64,000 nt of DNA from Bacteroidales bacterium (GTDB lineage Bacteria > Bacteroidota > Bacteroidia > Bacteroidales > VadinHA17), in the NCBI GenBank assembly GCA_025358455.1, contig JANYJP010000017.1, positions 38,781 to 102,780 on the forward strand, written 5' to 3'. Shown here one piece after another: positions 63,702 through 64,000 of this stretch; the first letter of the stretch is position 1; every line of letters begins with the position of its first letter. A program made the translations under genes and the position numbers. The notes below the pieces were generated by a model, which worked only from the letters and a program-made list of their open reading frames with translations, was not told the DNA's origin and did not search any database.

Positions 63702-64000
63702 AAATCAAAACAGGGATTTTCATCATGCGTTAAATGTACATAACGATTTGTGTATCGGTTGCACACATTGCATGTCGGTCTGCCCAACCCAGGCAATAAG
63801 GATCAGAAATGGCAAAGCTATCATCAGTGCAAACCGTTGCGTAGATTGCGGTGAATGTTATAAAGCATGTCCTGTATCAGCAATAGACGTTGAGCAGGAT
63901 GATCTCGAAATGATCTTCAGATTTCCTGTAAGGGTTATCCTCATCCCAAGTGTTCTGATCGGCCAGTTCCCGAGGAAAATTATGGCAACAAGTATCTACA
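63691..64000 (+). CDS. 3'-truncated CDS: 2x[4Fe-4S] ferredoxin-type N-terminus of an [FeFe]-hydrogenase-like (HydS-type?) protein
   Basis: Hand translation from the ATG at 63691 gives MQDKNQNRDFHHALNVHNDLCIGCTHCMSVCPTQAIRIRNGKAIISANRCVDCGECYKACPVSAI... It contains two CxxCxxCxxxCP motifs, overlaps the previous gene by 11 nt, and runs off the window edge (absent from the ORF track). Confidence 0.65.
   Translation, partial: MQDKNQNRDFHHALNVHNDLCIGCTHCMSVCPTQAIRIRNGKAIISANRCVDCGECYKACPVSAIDVEQDDLEMIFRFPVRVILIPSVLIGQFPRKIMATSIY

Noticed and set aside
1-64000. Search for CRISPR arrays, tRNA or rRNA genes, IS or transposase genes, integrases, and toxin-antitoxin or known defence-system genes
   Set aside because: I recognised none by eye. 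There are no regularly spaced direct repeats with unique spacers, no cloverleaf-like GC-rich segments in the spacers, and no transposase, integrase or nuclease-type ORFs. A tRNAscan, Infernal or defence-finder run would be needed to exclude them formally.

Overview
This 64-kb window looks like a low-GC Bacteroidota-type chromosome. The evidence is a T9SS type-B cargo gene with PorP/SprF and OmpA-PKD partners, and Bacteroidetes-style TAnnTTTG -7 boxes. I recognised no rRNA, tRNA, CRISPR array, IS element or prophage. Gene content, left to right: a T9SS adhesin trio; an SOD plus small-regulator operon; an OmpR-type response regulator; a large sensory cluster (CheB-CheR-PAS fusion, two PAS histidine kinases with paralogous transmitters, a receiver-only regulator, a hybrid kinase); a YtxH/holin-like/lmo0937-like stress cluster; an AI-2E transporter; an Mla-like ABC system with an Omp85-like protein; a 2904-aa cyclic beta-1,2-glucan synthase; cbpA/cbpM; qNOR; a haem-domain-SOD fusion; mgtA; bacterioferritin; a cold-shock protein; a CsbD-like protein; pntAB; DPP-IV; an HxxxDG acyltransferase with a membrane partner; an M14 peptidase; and the start of a DRTGG/HATPase/Fe-S (HydS-like) cluster. 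The main find is non-coding and comes from reading the intergenic regions. (1) A fixed-geometry ~65-bp module, ATGTGTGAATAATGTAAC-N15-TGTAAC-N21-CAnCTTTG, occurs six times, always oriented toward a downstream stress-type gene. (2) A second module has four 11-bp-phased nTTAAn hexamers followed by N21 and a TAnnTTTG box. It precedes each of three paralogous small regulators that combine an HMA-like fold with an AraC-type HTH. Together these suggest a two-tier stress regulon that I do not recognise as described, possibly fed by the adjacent two-component genes. Motif sequences and spacings were read directly from the sequence. All functional links are inference.
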